Below, in pieces: positions 1 through 11,080 of a stretch of 64,000 nucleotides of DNA. Position numbers and translations under genes: made by a program. Under the pieces are notes generated by a model. The model did not search any database. It saw only the letters and a list, made by a program, of their open reading frames with translations, and had not been told where the DNA came from. The DNA lies in assembly GCA_964234715.1 (NCBI GenBank), contig OZ174279.1; one strand, given 5' to 3'. Each line of letters starts with the position of its first letter. The first letter of the stretch is position 1. The stretch is from Podarcis melisellensis. Its lineage: Eukaryota.

Positions 1-93
1 AAGACTAAGGAGCTGCTGCCAATCAGTGCAAACAATACTGAACGAGATGGGCCAACTGTCTGACCCAGTGTAAGGCAGCTCCGTATTTTCCTA
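1..93 (+). mobile_element. 3' end of squamate tRNA-derived SINE (Squam3-like)
   Basis: GAGCTGCTGCCAATCAGTG..ACAATACTGA..AGATGGGCCAA..TAAGGCAGCTCC.TATTTTCCTA; related copies at ~1716-1765(-), 7125-7272(-), 53480-53572 and 54090-54115(+). Confidence 0.6.
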
Positions 94-119
94 ATCGATG
101 GAAAGCAGAATGGAATCTG

Positions 120-940
120 CAGCTGGTGGCGAAGAACATCCAGCCATGCGAACTGGCGGGAAGGGGTTTCAGGGAGCGATTTTTTGGGAATCAGAACAGG
201 GTTGTCCCTGTTTCCATCTGCCAAATATCGAGGAGGAGGATACGCCTGGTGGCGCGGATGTGCAGATTGCGTGTACCAAAGACAACAGCACTGGGCTGCG
301 GTCCTGCCCGCACCACGTAGCCAGGAATCCGTGTCTGAGGTGAGGGAAATCCCCTCAGCCGGCGGGGCTAAGGAACCGGCAGGACCCCCTGCCCAAAGCA
401 GCGCCCGCTCACAAGGAAATGCTGCAGGAAACTCCCGCCGGCCAAACCCCGGAGGTGCCTCCGCGCGCCCAACCGCCGCCACACCGCGGCCCGAGCCAAG
501 GATGCGCGTCCCCCCAACTAGCTCGCTCGCCCCACAGCACTCCGTTACTCACCGCCCAACCGCCGTCCTGAAGCCACTAGCGGCCATTGGTCCTCCTCCC
601 ACCTGCCGGGCCATCAACAGCGCGTCACTTCCGGCATCACCTGACACTAAAGCAAACGCTCTCGGCCGCCAACCTTGTGTTTTGGGTCCTCGACTTCCGG
701 CTCCACGACGCCTACGGAAGCTGCGCAGTGCTTGGAAGGCTTACATAAATGCGTTTAATTCGGGATGCGGCTTAAAGCGTGTTCAGCCTAAATCGCTTTT
801 AATGCCAATGTGAACTCTGAAAGGCCAACGGCTTGCGGCTATTCCAAGTACCGAGTTCTCCCTCCTGCTTGCTATTCCGCAGTAACCAATGCAGCGCTCT
901 CATTATAAATAAATAGAGCCGCGGGGTTCGACGGCAGTTG
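120..940. promoter_or_regulatory. CpG island / promoter of a divergent (- strand) gene
   Basis: High GC and CpG density; CGTCACTTCCGG half-CRE/ETS composite at ~623-634; further CTTCCG/CGGAAG ETS cores at ~694 and ~715. Confidence 0.75.
553..640 (-). other. Probable first exon of a head-to-head neighbouring gene (MAP3K13 by human synteny, unverified)
   Basis: Minus-strand donor GCG|GTGAGT (plus ACTCAC 547-552) directly downstream of the ETS/CRE core; TSS boundary approximate. Confidence 0.55.
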
Positions 941-959
941 CAGCAGAGATGGAAGCTGG

Positions 960-1043
960 AATTCTATATACACACTTACCTAGGAGTAAGCCTTAATGAA
1001 CCTAAGTGGACTGACTTCTGAGTAGATGCATACAGGATTGCAC
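960..1043. repeat. Short (~80 bp) palindromic interspersed repeat
   Basis: CAATCCTAT..CACTTAC..GTAAG..ACTTCTGAGTA..AGGATTG fold-back; similar copies at ~14355-14425, 15746-15985 (interrupted), 16637-17172 (interrupted), 46215-46303. Confidence 0.55.
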
Positions 1044-1761
1044 TGTGATCAACTAATTCACACCCATAGGAACCAAGGTTCCTACAGCCCTCCCAATAAA
1101 ATATTTGAGGGGACCGCCCCCTCCCCTCTAGGTTGATGGGCATTGGTATTCAAATAGTGTTATGTGATTGATTTTTATATTTTCATACCTAAGTGAAAAA
1201 GCTGTTTTTCTTTTGTGAATTCATCTCAGGGGCGTACCCAGGGGTTGGCCAAACTGGCCTCAGGGGGCCAAAAATCCCCCCAGAAATCTGTCTCCAGTTT
1301 TCTCTCTCTGTCTCTCCTTGACTATGCTGGAGATGGACTTAAAAGGGGACCAAAAACAAAAAGGTGTGGAAACCCCTCATCGACATCGCTAAGCAACGAT
1401 TATTTGTTCTGCTATGCACCCGCAAGGGTATCCGGCTGCCTGTGGAGCAGCTGATCCATTGTTTGGGAAAGAAGAGCGGGGTGGGCGGAGCGGCTTTCCC
1501 TGCGCCTGTGTATGTGAGTGACTTGGGTGGGCATGAGGAGGAGGAGGAGGAGGAGAAAGAAATGAATGAAATTTGCTTGCACAGCCAGACTTCCCCGTTT
1601 CTAAAAGCGAGCGATCCTCCTCCTTTCCCTTTCCCCGGTGAAGCAGAAGATGCGATCCCCTCCTATCTAGTTTTGCAGCTCTGTGAGAGTACTAAAATTA
1701 TCCCTGTACAGGCGGCCATTCGTTCATCTAGCTCAATATTGTCAACACTGATTTGGCAGCG

Positions 1762-2135
1762 GCTTTAAAAGTGGGCTCGACAAATTCATGTAGGAGACTG
1801 CTGACTGGCTGCTAGTCCTGATGGCTATCATACCTTACGATTTTTTTGATGCTGCCTACAGACTAATACAGTATCATGGCAGTTTTATTTAATTTGAATG
1901 AAAAAAAATCATATGAATTCATGAGGATCCGTTTAAAATAAGCTGGATCCGCCTTTTACCCGTTTCCCTCTAAGGGCAGCAGCAGTATGCCTCGGGAAAC
2001 TAGTTGCTGGGGATGGCAAATGGGAGAGAGATTTTGCAGTCCTGTCATGGTGCAGCTTCCTATAGGCATCTGAATGGTCCCTCTGGGAACAGAATACTGG
2101 ACTATATATAGCCCTTTAGTCTGATTCGGGGGGCT
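1762..2135 (+). mobile_element. CR1 LINE 3' end fragment
   Basis: GCTTTAAAAG..GACAAATTCATG..GATGGCTA..GGCATCTG..GAACAGAATACTGGACTA matches lizard CR1 3' UTR; same family at 31108-31600(-) and 43655-43900(+). Confidence 0.6.
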
Positions 2136-2330
2136 ACAGCGTGTTCACTCTCAACTTGGTCCTACTGATTTGAGTGGGACCCTTTTTCTACCAAGCTTGC
2201 AGCTCTTACTTGCTGCAAGTATTTTGCCCTGAGTACGCATGCGTGAAGGCAGCCTCTGTGGATTCTCGCCCTGAAAACTGCTTGTCGTAGCAGAGAGTGA
2301 ACGGTTGTATAAATTGGAGCAATTTCAGAG

Positions 2331-2461
2331 CGTAGGCGTAGTCAGGAGGGCAGGGGGAGGGGGCAGCTGCCTCCCCTGGATTAAGCAATAGAAATACTTA
2401 ACTAACTGACCAATTACGTCGGTTCTGCCCCCCCAACAAAAAAATCCTGGCTCCGCCCATG
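2331..2461. mobile_element. hAT-like MITE in the EHHADH proximal promoter
   Basis: Imperfect TIRs CGTAGGCGTAGTCAGGA / TCCTGGCTCCGCCCATG (13/17); flanking 8-mers TTTCAGAG (2323-2330) and TTTCAGGC (2462-2469). Confidence 0.65.
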
Positions 2462-2688
2462 TTTCAGGCGTCTGGCAAGTGTGGGTCCAAGCAGGCGCGA
2501 ATTCACGATTTGGTGCCCCAGCTGGAACCTCCCCCTCGGGTGCAAACGGGGCCAGCCTCCTCCCCAGCCCGTCATGGAGTCTGGTTAGTCCGGGTTTTCT
2601 GGTTCCCACAGAGGCCGCCTTCTCCTCGGTGCTGCTTAATCCAGCTCGAAGCGTCTCTTGGGCTCGTGGGGTCCGTCCGCGCGAGATC

Positions 2689-2762
2689 ATGGCTCTGTAC
2701 ACGCGGGGATCGGCTGCCGTGGCCGTGATTCGACTGTGTAATCCTCCACTCAACACGCTCAG
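2689..2762 (+). CDS. EHHADH: Peroxisomal L-bifunctional enzyme, exon 1 (74 nt)
   Basis: ATCATGG Kozak context; MALYTRGSAAVAVIRLCNPPLNTL; donor AG|GTAATT. Confidence 0.95.
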
Positions 2763-3133
2763 GTAATTTGCAAGGGAAGACTTCGCCCCAGCCAAGGGAT
2801 TCTCGGGCTCCTGGTTGGCGGGTGGAAACTGCTGGTCTGCAGATTCGACCCCAGAGAGCGCATTTTTGACCCTCGAAGCAGGCTCGGCCCCTGAAAGATA
2901 CGCTGGCAACGAGCGAGCCTGCATGCGCTTCTTCTGCTTGACTCGGAGGGTCGCTTGCTGTCGCACCCAGATTCTGCTTGCATGCTTCCCATAGGCTGAC
3001 CACTGTGAAAACAGGATGTTGGACTACCTGCTTATGTTTACATGGAAGAAAGTCCCATGGTACTCGGTGATGCTTCCTCTTAGGTGTAATGGATTGTAAG
3101 CAGAGCCTTTGCACCCTTACTCGGATTTGTTTA

Positions 3134-3464
3134 GTAAAGGGTAAAGGGATCCCTGACCATTAGGTCCAGTCACGGAGGACTCTGGGGTCGCTTTATTGGC
3201 CGAGGGAGCCGGCGTACAGCTTCTGGGTCATGTGGCCAGCAGGACTAAGCTGCTTCTGGAGAACCAGAGCAGCACACGGAAACGCCGCTTACCTTCCCGC
3301 CAGAGCAGTACCTATTTATCTACTTGCACTTTGATGTGCTTTCGAACTGCTAGGTTGGCAGGAGCAGGGACCGAGCAACGGGAGCTCACCCTGTTGCGTG
3401 GATTCGAACCGCCAACCTTCTGATTGGCAAGTCCTAGGCTCTGTGGTTTAACCACCCGCGTCCC
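3134..3464 (-). mobile_element. Sauria SINE (Squam1-like), near full length
   Basis: tRNA-like head with GGTTCGAATCC B-box on minus strand, ACCTTT-type tail, perfect 12-bp TSD CGGATTTGTTTA (3122-3133, 3465-3476). Confidence 0.9.
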
Positions 3465-4642
3465 CGGATTTGTTTACTTCCAAATAATTGTGCCTAGGAC
3501 TACAGCCACAACTAACTTCTTGCTTGCCAACCCTAATTTTCCAGCAGTGCATAAGCCAGCATGATATGGAGATGTTTTAGTTTGGTACTGCAGAGATACT
3601 TTCACCCTAGTTGGGTGGTTAGCTTTGTTCTCAAGTTTGACAAGCACACGCAAGCAGCGTGAGGACATTAGTTATGGCTTTCCCCCTGCGCTTCAGAGTT
3701 TCAGCCCTGAATTTCCTGTTAGACAAAAGATACCATATATACAAGAGACATGTGAATTACAACTGTTTTCCAGCCTTTAATTCCAGACTAATGCAAAAAT
3801 TTCCCTATTCTCAAATACTGTTTCTTGCCTGCAGCAAAAGTTAGTTCAAATCAGCATGGGAAATCAGCACCCACACACTCTCCTTTTCTTTTTTTTCTTT
3901 TTGCCTTCCTTTATCCCTTGTGGGATCAGTGACAGTAGAAATCATTAGCTGGCAGATTTCTCCCTATAAGGATCTGGACTTTAAACCTACCACACTTATG
4001 CCCTCTTGGCGCTTTGCCCCACAGTTCCTCCCCCTCCAAAGCTTTGCTTTTTTTCCTGCCTGCCAGTAGTTTACAGCCTCAGTCCTGTTTTCCCTTCCTT
4101 GCTTCCTTCCTTCCTTCCTTATTTTTATTAAATGTTTTCTTGTGTTACAAAGGTATGTCCTGTTTTCTTTCTTGGCTCTTCCCTTCAACTGTTTGTCTTC
4201 ACTATTCTTGCTTCTCAAGCTACAGAATTAGCTAAATTCCTTTTGCTATTTTCTTTATCAACTTCCTTAACACTCCTTTCATTATACAGAGCCTCCTGGC
4301 TTTGTGACTGAGAACTGATTAGCTTCATTTTGCCTCAGTCTTCTTAACCCTTTTATTTAAACCTTGTTTTCTGGCTACCTTTCCTTCATGGTTCTGTTTC
4401 TCAGTCCATTGCTTACGCTGCATCCATCCTCTGGCTGACCTCCCCTTTCCTATGTCATAGGGCTGCTTCCCATATAAGGTTTTCATCACAGCCAAACTAA
4501 CAACTTTTCCTACCCTCACAGAAGCTGGACTACAAACTGGTCAGTGTGCCTTGAATAACTGAACATTCTGTGGCACCACACCAGCCCAGACTGTAAACAA
4601 TAGAAACCTTACTGCCACAAGTGGAAGGCAATATAGATAGTA

Positions 4643-4873
4643 CAGTGGTATCTTGGGTTAAGAACTTAATTCGTTTTGGAGGTCCGTTCTTAAACTGAAA
4701 CTGTTCTTAACCTGAGATACCACTTTAGCTAATGTAGCCTCCCGCTTCCGCTGCACAATTTCTGTTCTCATTGTGAGGCAAAGTTCTTAACCCGAGGTAC
4801 TATTTCTGGGTTAGCGGAGTCTGTAACCTGAAATGTCTGTAACCTGAAGCGTCTGTAACCCGAGGTACCACTG
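4643..4873. mobile_element. Tc1/mariner (Tigger/pogo-like) MITE, family A
   Basis: TA|CAGTGGTA(T/C)CT..GAGGTACCACTG|TA: TIRs with TA TSD; siblings at 7905, 28264, 46640. Confidence 0.85.
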
Positions 4874-4954
4874 TAGTTGAGAACTACAGTTTCACCTACA
4901 AACATTTGTTGATCAAGTAGAGAAACTCTCCTAGCTGTGCAATAAGGAGATGAT

Positions 4955-5283
4955 TGAAATATGTAGGATAATCACTAATAACTGGGAAACACTGGCCTGT
5001 GAGTGCTCCAAATGGAGAACAGCCTTTACCAAAGGTGTCATGGACTTTGAAGAAGCAGGAACTCAGGGTGAAAATGATAAAAAAGCTAAGAGGAAGGTAT
5101 GTTTAGCAAACCCTCACTGTGATCAACTTCCACCTGGAAACCTATGTCCCCACTGTGGAAGGAGGTGTGGATCCAGAATTGGCCTCCACAGTCACTTACG
5201 GACTCACTGTTAAGACCATGTTCAAGGAAGACAATCTTACTTTGTTACGAGTGATCACCAAAGAAAGAAAGAAAGAAAGAAAG
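4955..5283 (+). mobile_element. RTE-clade LINE 3' fragment
   Basis: WETLA..W..CPHCGRRCGSRIGLHSHLRTH C-terminal C2H2 finger typical of RTE ORF ends, followed by short UTR and (GAAA)n tail. Confidence 0.8.
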
Positions 5284-6588
5284 TAAGTATAAGGCAATAA
5301 TATGCTGAGCAATCTTCAAAATGTTTTAAAAAGTATAAATGGCATATAACATATTTAGCACAATTCGGCTTCCCAAACTGGAGTTTCAAAATAATTTAGG
5401 ACAGCTTTGTGCTTGTGCATGGGCTGAGATGACAGTAGGTTTGTTCTTTCACAGTGAACCCAAAGAGATACAGAATAGCCAGAGATGTGTATCTGTGCCT
5501 GACTTAGCAATATGCTTTATGTAAGTCTGTGGCCCCTGTCCTGGTCCTCTATACTGACTTCCTGGTGTGGACCAACAACTTTGCACCATATTGTCTTCCA
5601 CAGGTTCATAGAACTGTTATTCCATATACATTCCTCATTTTGATCCTACCATCATCATGTGCAGAGAAGCTGCATAACAAACATAGTCTCCATCTGCCTG
5701 CTCATTATCTTCCAGGAGCTAGAACACAATTCTGTATTCACTCCTTCACTAATCAGAATTGCCATGTGAATTCATCTTTATTGAACACAAGTACCCATTC
5801 ATATTCAGAAACTTAAAGTGTTTCCAAATCTGAATGAATTTTTCAATGCAATTTCAGTAATGCATCCCTAGAAGAAGGGACCTGTTGGTCCCTCTGAAGT
5901 GTAGCATTTTTAGGAAAGGGGCTGACAGAACATGAGTCCCAAAGCATGAAACCTTGGTTGTAGAGCTCAAATAGCTTTATTCATTCATTTGGGACATTTT
6001 ATCTTGCCTTTCAGTTGGCTGCTGTCAAGGTGGCTTTTCTTTCGTTTCAGGGCTGTGTGGGCCTATAATGGAGTCACCACCTCACCCAGAAGGAAAAACT
6101 GGGAATTCCTGTCACATCACATGTTTATGGGTACTTATGGGTCACAAAGAGATGTACACGACTAAACAACAAGAACAACAATGTTCAATAAAGATGAATT
6201 TGCATGCTGAAAATGAGCTGACTGCCAGCAGCTATTGTTACTACTACTATTACAGTCAGTCATGTCACAAAACCTATGAGCCAAATAGTGTAGGTAGTAG
6301 CCTAGCCTGAAGTTACATTGGAGCAAAGGAGAGTATGCCTTGGATCACATTTTCCTTCTCATTACAGGAAGCAGGAAGTAATCATCTTAATTTTTTTTAA
6401 AAAAAATATTTATGTAAAATTCCACTTTTAATGGTAAGTTGTAATGTTGGCATGGTAAAGATCATCCAAAGAAAAGGAAAAAGTCATGGGCTGAGAATCT
6501 GGTTAATATGTAAACTCAAAAGTCTTGTGTTTTTCAGGACTTTGGATACTATTAGGTTGAGCCAGGATCATGATCACATTATAATATA

Positions 6589-6826
6589 CAGTGGTACCTC
6601 GCAAGACGAAATTAATTTGTTCTGCGAGTTTTTTCGTTCTGCGAGTATTTTCGTCTTGCAAAGCACGGATTCCCTGGGTATTAACAGTTTTAAGAAAAAG
6701 GAAACAAACTCGCAAGACGTTTTCGTCTTGCGAAGCAAGCCCATAGGGAAATTCATCTTGCGAAGCAACTCAAAAAACGAAAAACTATTTCGTCTTGCGA
6801 GTTTTCCGTCTTGCGAGGTGCCACTG
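6589..6826. mobile_element. Tc1/mariner-like MITE, family B
   Basis: TA|CAGTGGTACCTCGCAAGACG..CGTCTTGCGAGGTGCCACTG|TA with internal reiterated TTCGTCTTGCGA units. Confidence 0.85.
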
Positions 6827-7124
6827 TACTGGGTTACTGTTTGCTAGTAAATAACCTGTTTTTCTATTCCATGTTTAGCGAGACAGTTTCAGTATGGAAC
6901 CCAGACTTAGCCTTTTTGTTTTCCAGTGGTAAGATAGTTCCCTAACAAATGATACATAAACAGATAATTAGCTACAATGCATTGACGACAACTGTGTTTC
7001 TGTATTTTAGCTATAAACTATTTACTTCACAGGCAGTGTAAAGATTGACAGAGATGAAGCTCCATAGAGAATGTAAAATGTCATCTTACTGAGTTTGTTC
7101 AAATGACTCCAAGAATACAAGGCA

Positions 7125-7272
7125 TAAGACATCATTGGTCCATCTAGCTCAGTATTGTCAACACAACCAGGCAGCGTCTCTCCAGGTTCTTAGGCATGTA
7201 TCTATTTCCAACTCTACCAGGAGATGCAAGGGATTGAACTTGGGACTTTTTGCTCTGCCACTGAACTATACA
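7125..7272 (-). mobile_element. Squam3-like SINE, degenerate
   Basis: CATTGGTCCATCTAGCTCAGTATTGTC..GGGATTGAAC.TGGGAC: reverse complement of tRNA head plus the 3' part seen at 1-93. Confidence 0.6.
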
Positions 7273-7904
7273 GCACCTCCCCTTAACTCTGGCCAATGTT
7301 GGTAGATCTCTGGGCAATCATCTGTGTGGGTTTCCGACTCACAGTAGTTCAACAACAACAAGACTCTACAGCTCAATATTAGACTATTAAAATGAAGAAA
7401 GCTGGGGGGTGGATATTTTTTGTGAGAGGACTTAGCCCCTGTTCTGGTGAAAGCAAAAAGTTAATATACATATTAGTAAGTGTAAGAGCTCCCCTCCCTG
7501 CCTATCTTGCACCTGACTCCAATTGGTAGATCTTGGAATTTAAGTAACAAGCAAGGTAGATCCTGCAGTCTCCATATTCCTGCAATATAACATTTCTGAT
7601 ATATTTTCTGTCACACCACATTTGGAAATGCTGAATATAACAAATGGTAGCCTAACAGCCCTCTCCTGTGTATATTTGCTTGCAAGTAAGTCGAATTGAG
7701 TGCACTAAGGCTTATTCCTAACTAAGTGTGCATATGTTTGGAACCGTAAGTCATATTATCCCTGACTTTTTTTGAAAAATCAATTTGGCATTGCTAATGC
7801 CCAACCATGTTATAGGATTTGCTTTACGGTTTCAAACTGACTTGTCACAACGGCTTAAATTCTCCCACACAAATGATCATGGAGCCATGGTATGGAATTG
7901 TATA

Positions 7905-8118
7905 CAGTGGTACCTCGGGTTACAGACACTTCAGGTTACAGACACTTCAGGTTACAGACTCCGCTAACCCAGAAATAGTACCTCGGGTTAAGAACTTTGC
8001 TTCAGGATGAGAACAGAAATCGCACAGCGGCGGCAGGAGGCCCCATTAGCTAAAGTGGTGCTTCAGGTTAAGAACAGACCTCCAGAACAAATTAAGTTCT
8101 TAACCTGAGGTACCATTG
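7905..8118. mobile_element. Tc1/mariner-like MITE, family A
   Basis: TA|CAGTGGTACCTC..GAGGTACCATTG|TA. Confidence 0.85.
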
Positions 8119-8741
8119 TATGTTGCAAGAAAGAACCACACAGGTACATGCTTTATGCTTCAGAAGTACAAGAACAGACATGCAGTAAGGGAGCTGAGAT
8201 TCTAATTGGGAAGGTGTCCAAAACACAACATATAACTAAAGAAATTAGCATTGAACTTGGGAAAAACTCATTTATCTATATCAATATGTTGAAATGTTCA
8301 CATGATGCAGTAGTGTTTTTAAATTAAAGTTGTGCAATACCTATCTGCAAAACACACTTACCGGTACTCCCCGTTTACTCTGGGGCACATCATTATAAAA
8401 TAATCTCTGTGTAGGGTGTGTTATGTTTACTGTGATGTGAGATTTGTAGCACCAGTGTTTTTCACGTAACAAATCAGTCAGCCTGGGTTCAAACTGGTGT
8501 TTTCAAATGACTTTAAGATTACGTACTGCATCTTCAGTTTCTAATTGTGACTTTCTGCTGGCCTCGAAGGTGGAAGAAGTAATGGGGAATCGCCACAGTT
8601 TTGAATTTGTTTCAAAGTTTTTGCTGCCATTTTAGCTCCCTCTAGAGGTAGTTCATATATTTTCAGGCTTCATGTTTTATCAATGGCCTGGTATGCACAT
8701 AACAGTAATCCAAATGATGGCTTACTGTGAACAAGAAAGTG

Positions 8742-8769
8742 TAATAATAATAATAATAATAATAATAAT
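8742..8769. repeat. (TAA)n microsatellite
   Basis: About 9 TAA units read directly. Confidence 0.95.
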
Positions 8770-9867
8770 TTTATTATTTATACCCCACCCATCTGGCTGG
8801 GTTTCCTTAGCCACTCTGTGCTGGTGCCCAAGGAGAAAACTGCAGCCGCTTTGTTTTCCCCCAGCTTTGCTGCTGCACATTGCAGAGCACAACCACAGCA
8901 CTGTCTAGGATACATATTTATGTACCTATGTTGTTTGTATGGCTACTGTTTTTCCCATAAAGGGAGGTCTTTGCAAAATCGCCTTTTCACTCAATACTCT
9001 AGAAACAGCTCTGTATCAGTATAGCTACTTCATGTTTCTTTAGAGTATATTGCCTGCTGTTCATCATCAAGCTTCTAGGAGAACAAAAATTCAAATATTC
9101 TCATGTTCACTCACACCTTCTCACTCCTCTCTTCTCCTCATACCCAATGTCTTCTTCCTTCTTTTTCTGCTTTGACCATTTTGTCGGAACTGACCAACTA
9201 CTGGCCTCAGTCTACGCACAGAGAAGAATGACATGGTAGAATACTGAAGTACTAGACTGGATTTTAAAACTTCAGAATGCAGATGTTGCTGCTGCATATT
9301 TGTAATGTCCCCATGCGTAAACAAAATAAGAAAATGGTTGCAATTTAAAACAAGCAAACAAACACCACTGCATATCAGGCGATTCTAGCCCAGCCTACTT
9401 CTTGTGGTGTTAGATTTTACTTACCAATAAAGATTTGGGGTTTTTTTTTACATAGGAGCAGCATTCAGAAATGGTATCCCACACCTCCACCATGAAGTAA
9501 TATTATCACTTTTCCATCTCAGGTCATTATCACCTTCGTCCATCTCTTTTTGCTCATGTGTGGATCAGGCCTACAGTTAACTTCAAACTATGATTAGAGG
9601 AAGGCACATGGAAGAGCATACAATTCTAAGGCTTGGCCATCTAATTGCCATTATTTCTGAAGAAATACATTACATGCACATAGGTTTTACCTGTGGACTC
9701 AACATAACATCTTTGTACAGTTCAGGTCAGGTTAGAATGGTTAGAATCCTCCATTGAGAGTTCCCAAATAGATTCCACATGATTTAAAAAAAAATGTTTT
9801 AGAGATTTATTTTATAACAAATCAGATATTCCCCTAACACTTTCAGTGATTATTTTCTTTACTTTAG

Positions 9868-9971
9868 CCCTCCAACATTACTGGCTTTAGAACGAGATGT
9901 GAAGCATGCAAATACTGATCCCACTGTGAAAGCTGTTGTGATTTGTGGAGCAAATGGGAAATTCAGCGCAG
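9868..9971 (+). CDS. EHHADH: EHHADH exon 2 (104 nt)
   Basis: TTTAG| acceptor, G|GTAAGA donor; PPTLLALERDVKHANTDPTVKAVVICGANGKFSAG; phases consistent with neighbours. Confidence 0.95.
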
Positions 9972-10630
9972 GTAAGAGCCTTTGAACTCATGCTTGTGTA
10001 TCACCTTTTTCCTGCTCCTGTTAAAAATTAATATGTTTTGCAACTCTGCACTGGTACCATGGATTTGCCTGGAATCAACTGTATTCTTAGTATTTACTGA
10101 AAATAATCCTGGCTAATTAAATGCCACTATACTTATTCTAAACTAGCCATGCTGTACTAATGAAAGTAGAGTTTTGGGTGCCTTTCCTTATATCTTGTGA
10201 TGTCTATTGATCCTTTAACAGACCATTATTTTTAAAGGACCATAAAGTGATTTTTCTGTAACTGAAATAGAGAACCATTTCTCAGAGTTCCAAGAACTGA
10301 AGACTCATATTCATTATAGTCTCTGGTGACATCAAACATTATTGTTTTCCTCTCATTCACTAATCTAGTGGTTCCCAAATATTTTGGTATGATGACTCAT
10401 AACCCTAATTTACTTGGTAAGGTGACCCATCAGTTTATTGTCACATGAAGTTTGGACCATTTGTCTTCAGCAGCCATCAATTTCTGGCATTCCAACTGTA
10501 AATTCGTGTATTTTGTAATTATAACTTGAGGTATCCAAGCAAAAGTGTACTTAACATTCCTGTTAATGTGGAATTTGTTGAAAAGTTTAAGGAAAGTATG
10601 ACCCCATCCAAAGTGGGCAACTTACCAACT

Positions 10631-10790
10631 CAGGAGTGCCAGCTTGGCCCTGTGACTGTAGGTGCCCGGGGCTGTGGGTGCCTGCAGCGTGTATGGCCCT
10701 GGCACTGAAATATGTGAGCGCTCGGCCCTTTAATTTGGTGAATTTTGTGGGTGCTCAGGCACCCAGGGCCCCAGGGAGCCAGCACCTATG
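10631..10790. mobile_element. hAT-like MITE
   Basis: Perfect 8-bp TSD TACCAACT (10623-10630, 10791-10798); CA..TG termini with imperfect TIRs. Confidence 0.7.
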
Positions 10791-10843
10791 TACCAACTCA
10801 TATAACCCTGCTACCACATTTCATCTTCATAGCCTGACTCACA

Positions 10844-11080
10844 AAGATAAAGGTAAAGGGACCCCTAACCATTAGGTCCAGTCGTGACCGACTCTGGGGT
10901 TGTGGCGCTCATCTCGCTTTATTGGCCAAGGGAGCCGGCCTCATGTGGGTCATGTGGCCAGCATGACTAAGCTGCTTTTGGCGAACCAGAGCAGTGCACG
11001 GAAATGCCATTTACCTTCCTGCCAGAGCAGTACCTATTTATCTACTTGCACTTTGACATACTTTCAAACTGCTAGGTTTG
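10844..11080 (-). mobile_element. Sauria SINE, 5'-truncated
   Basis: AAAGGTAAAGGGACCCCT..CATTAGGTCCAGTC..CTGCTAGGTT, homologous to 3134-3464. Confidence 0.9.

Larger units (their letters stand above)
2230..2970 (+). promoter_or_regulatory. CpG island / EHHADH promoter and first exon
   Basis: CpG-rich segment surrounding the EHHADH ATG at 2689. Confidence 0.75.

Noticed and set aside
184-813. 209-aa + strand ORF
   Set aside because: Non-ATG start, Pro/Ala/Arg-rich, no recognisable domain; expected stop depletion in a CpG island
2325-3114. 213-aa and 180-aa minus ORFs
   Set aside because: Antisense to the EHHADH exon 1 CpG island and running through a MITE; compositional artefact
3196-3423. 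Recurring small ORFs such as STYLSTCTL..FRTARLAGAG (also 10900, 19204, 33219, 38607, 44146)
   Set aside because: Translations of Sauria SINE copies, not a gene family
6431-6847. 138-aa ORF; internal repeats superficially CRISPR-like
   Set aside because: Spans a MITE; repeats are irregular and inverted with no spacer periodicity; eukaryotic DNA
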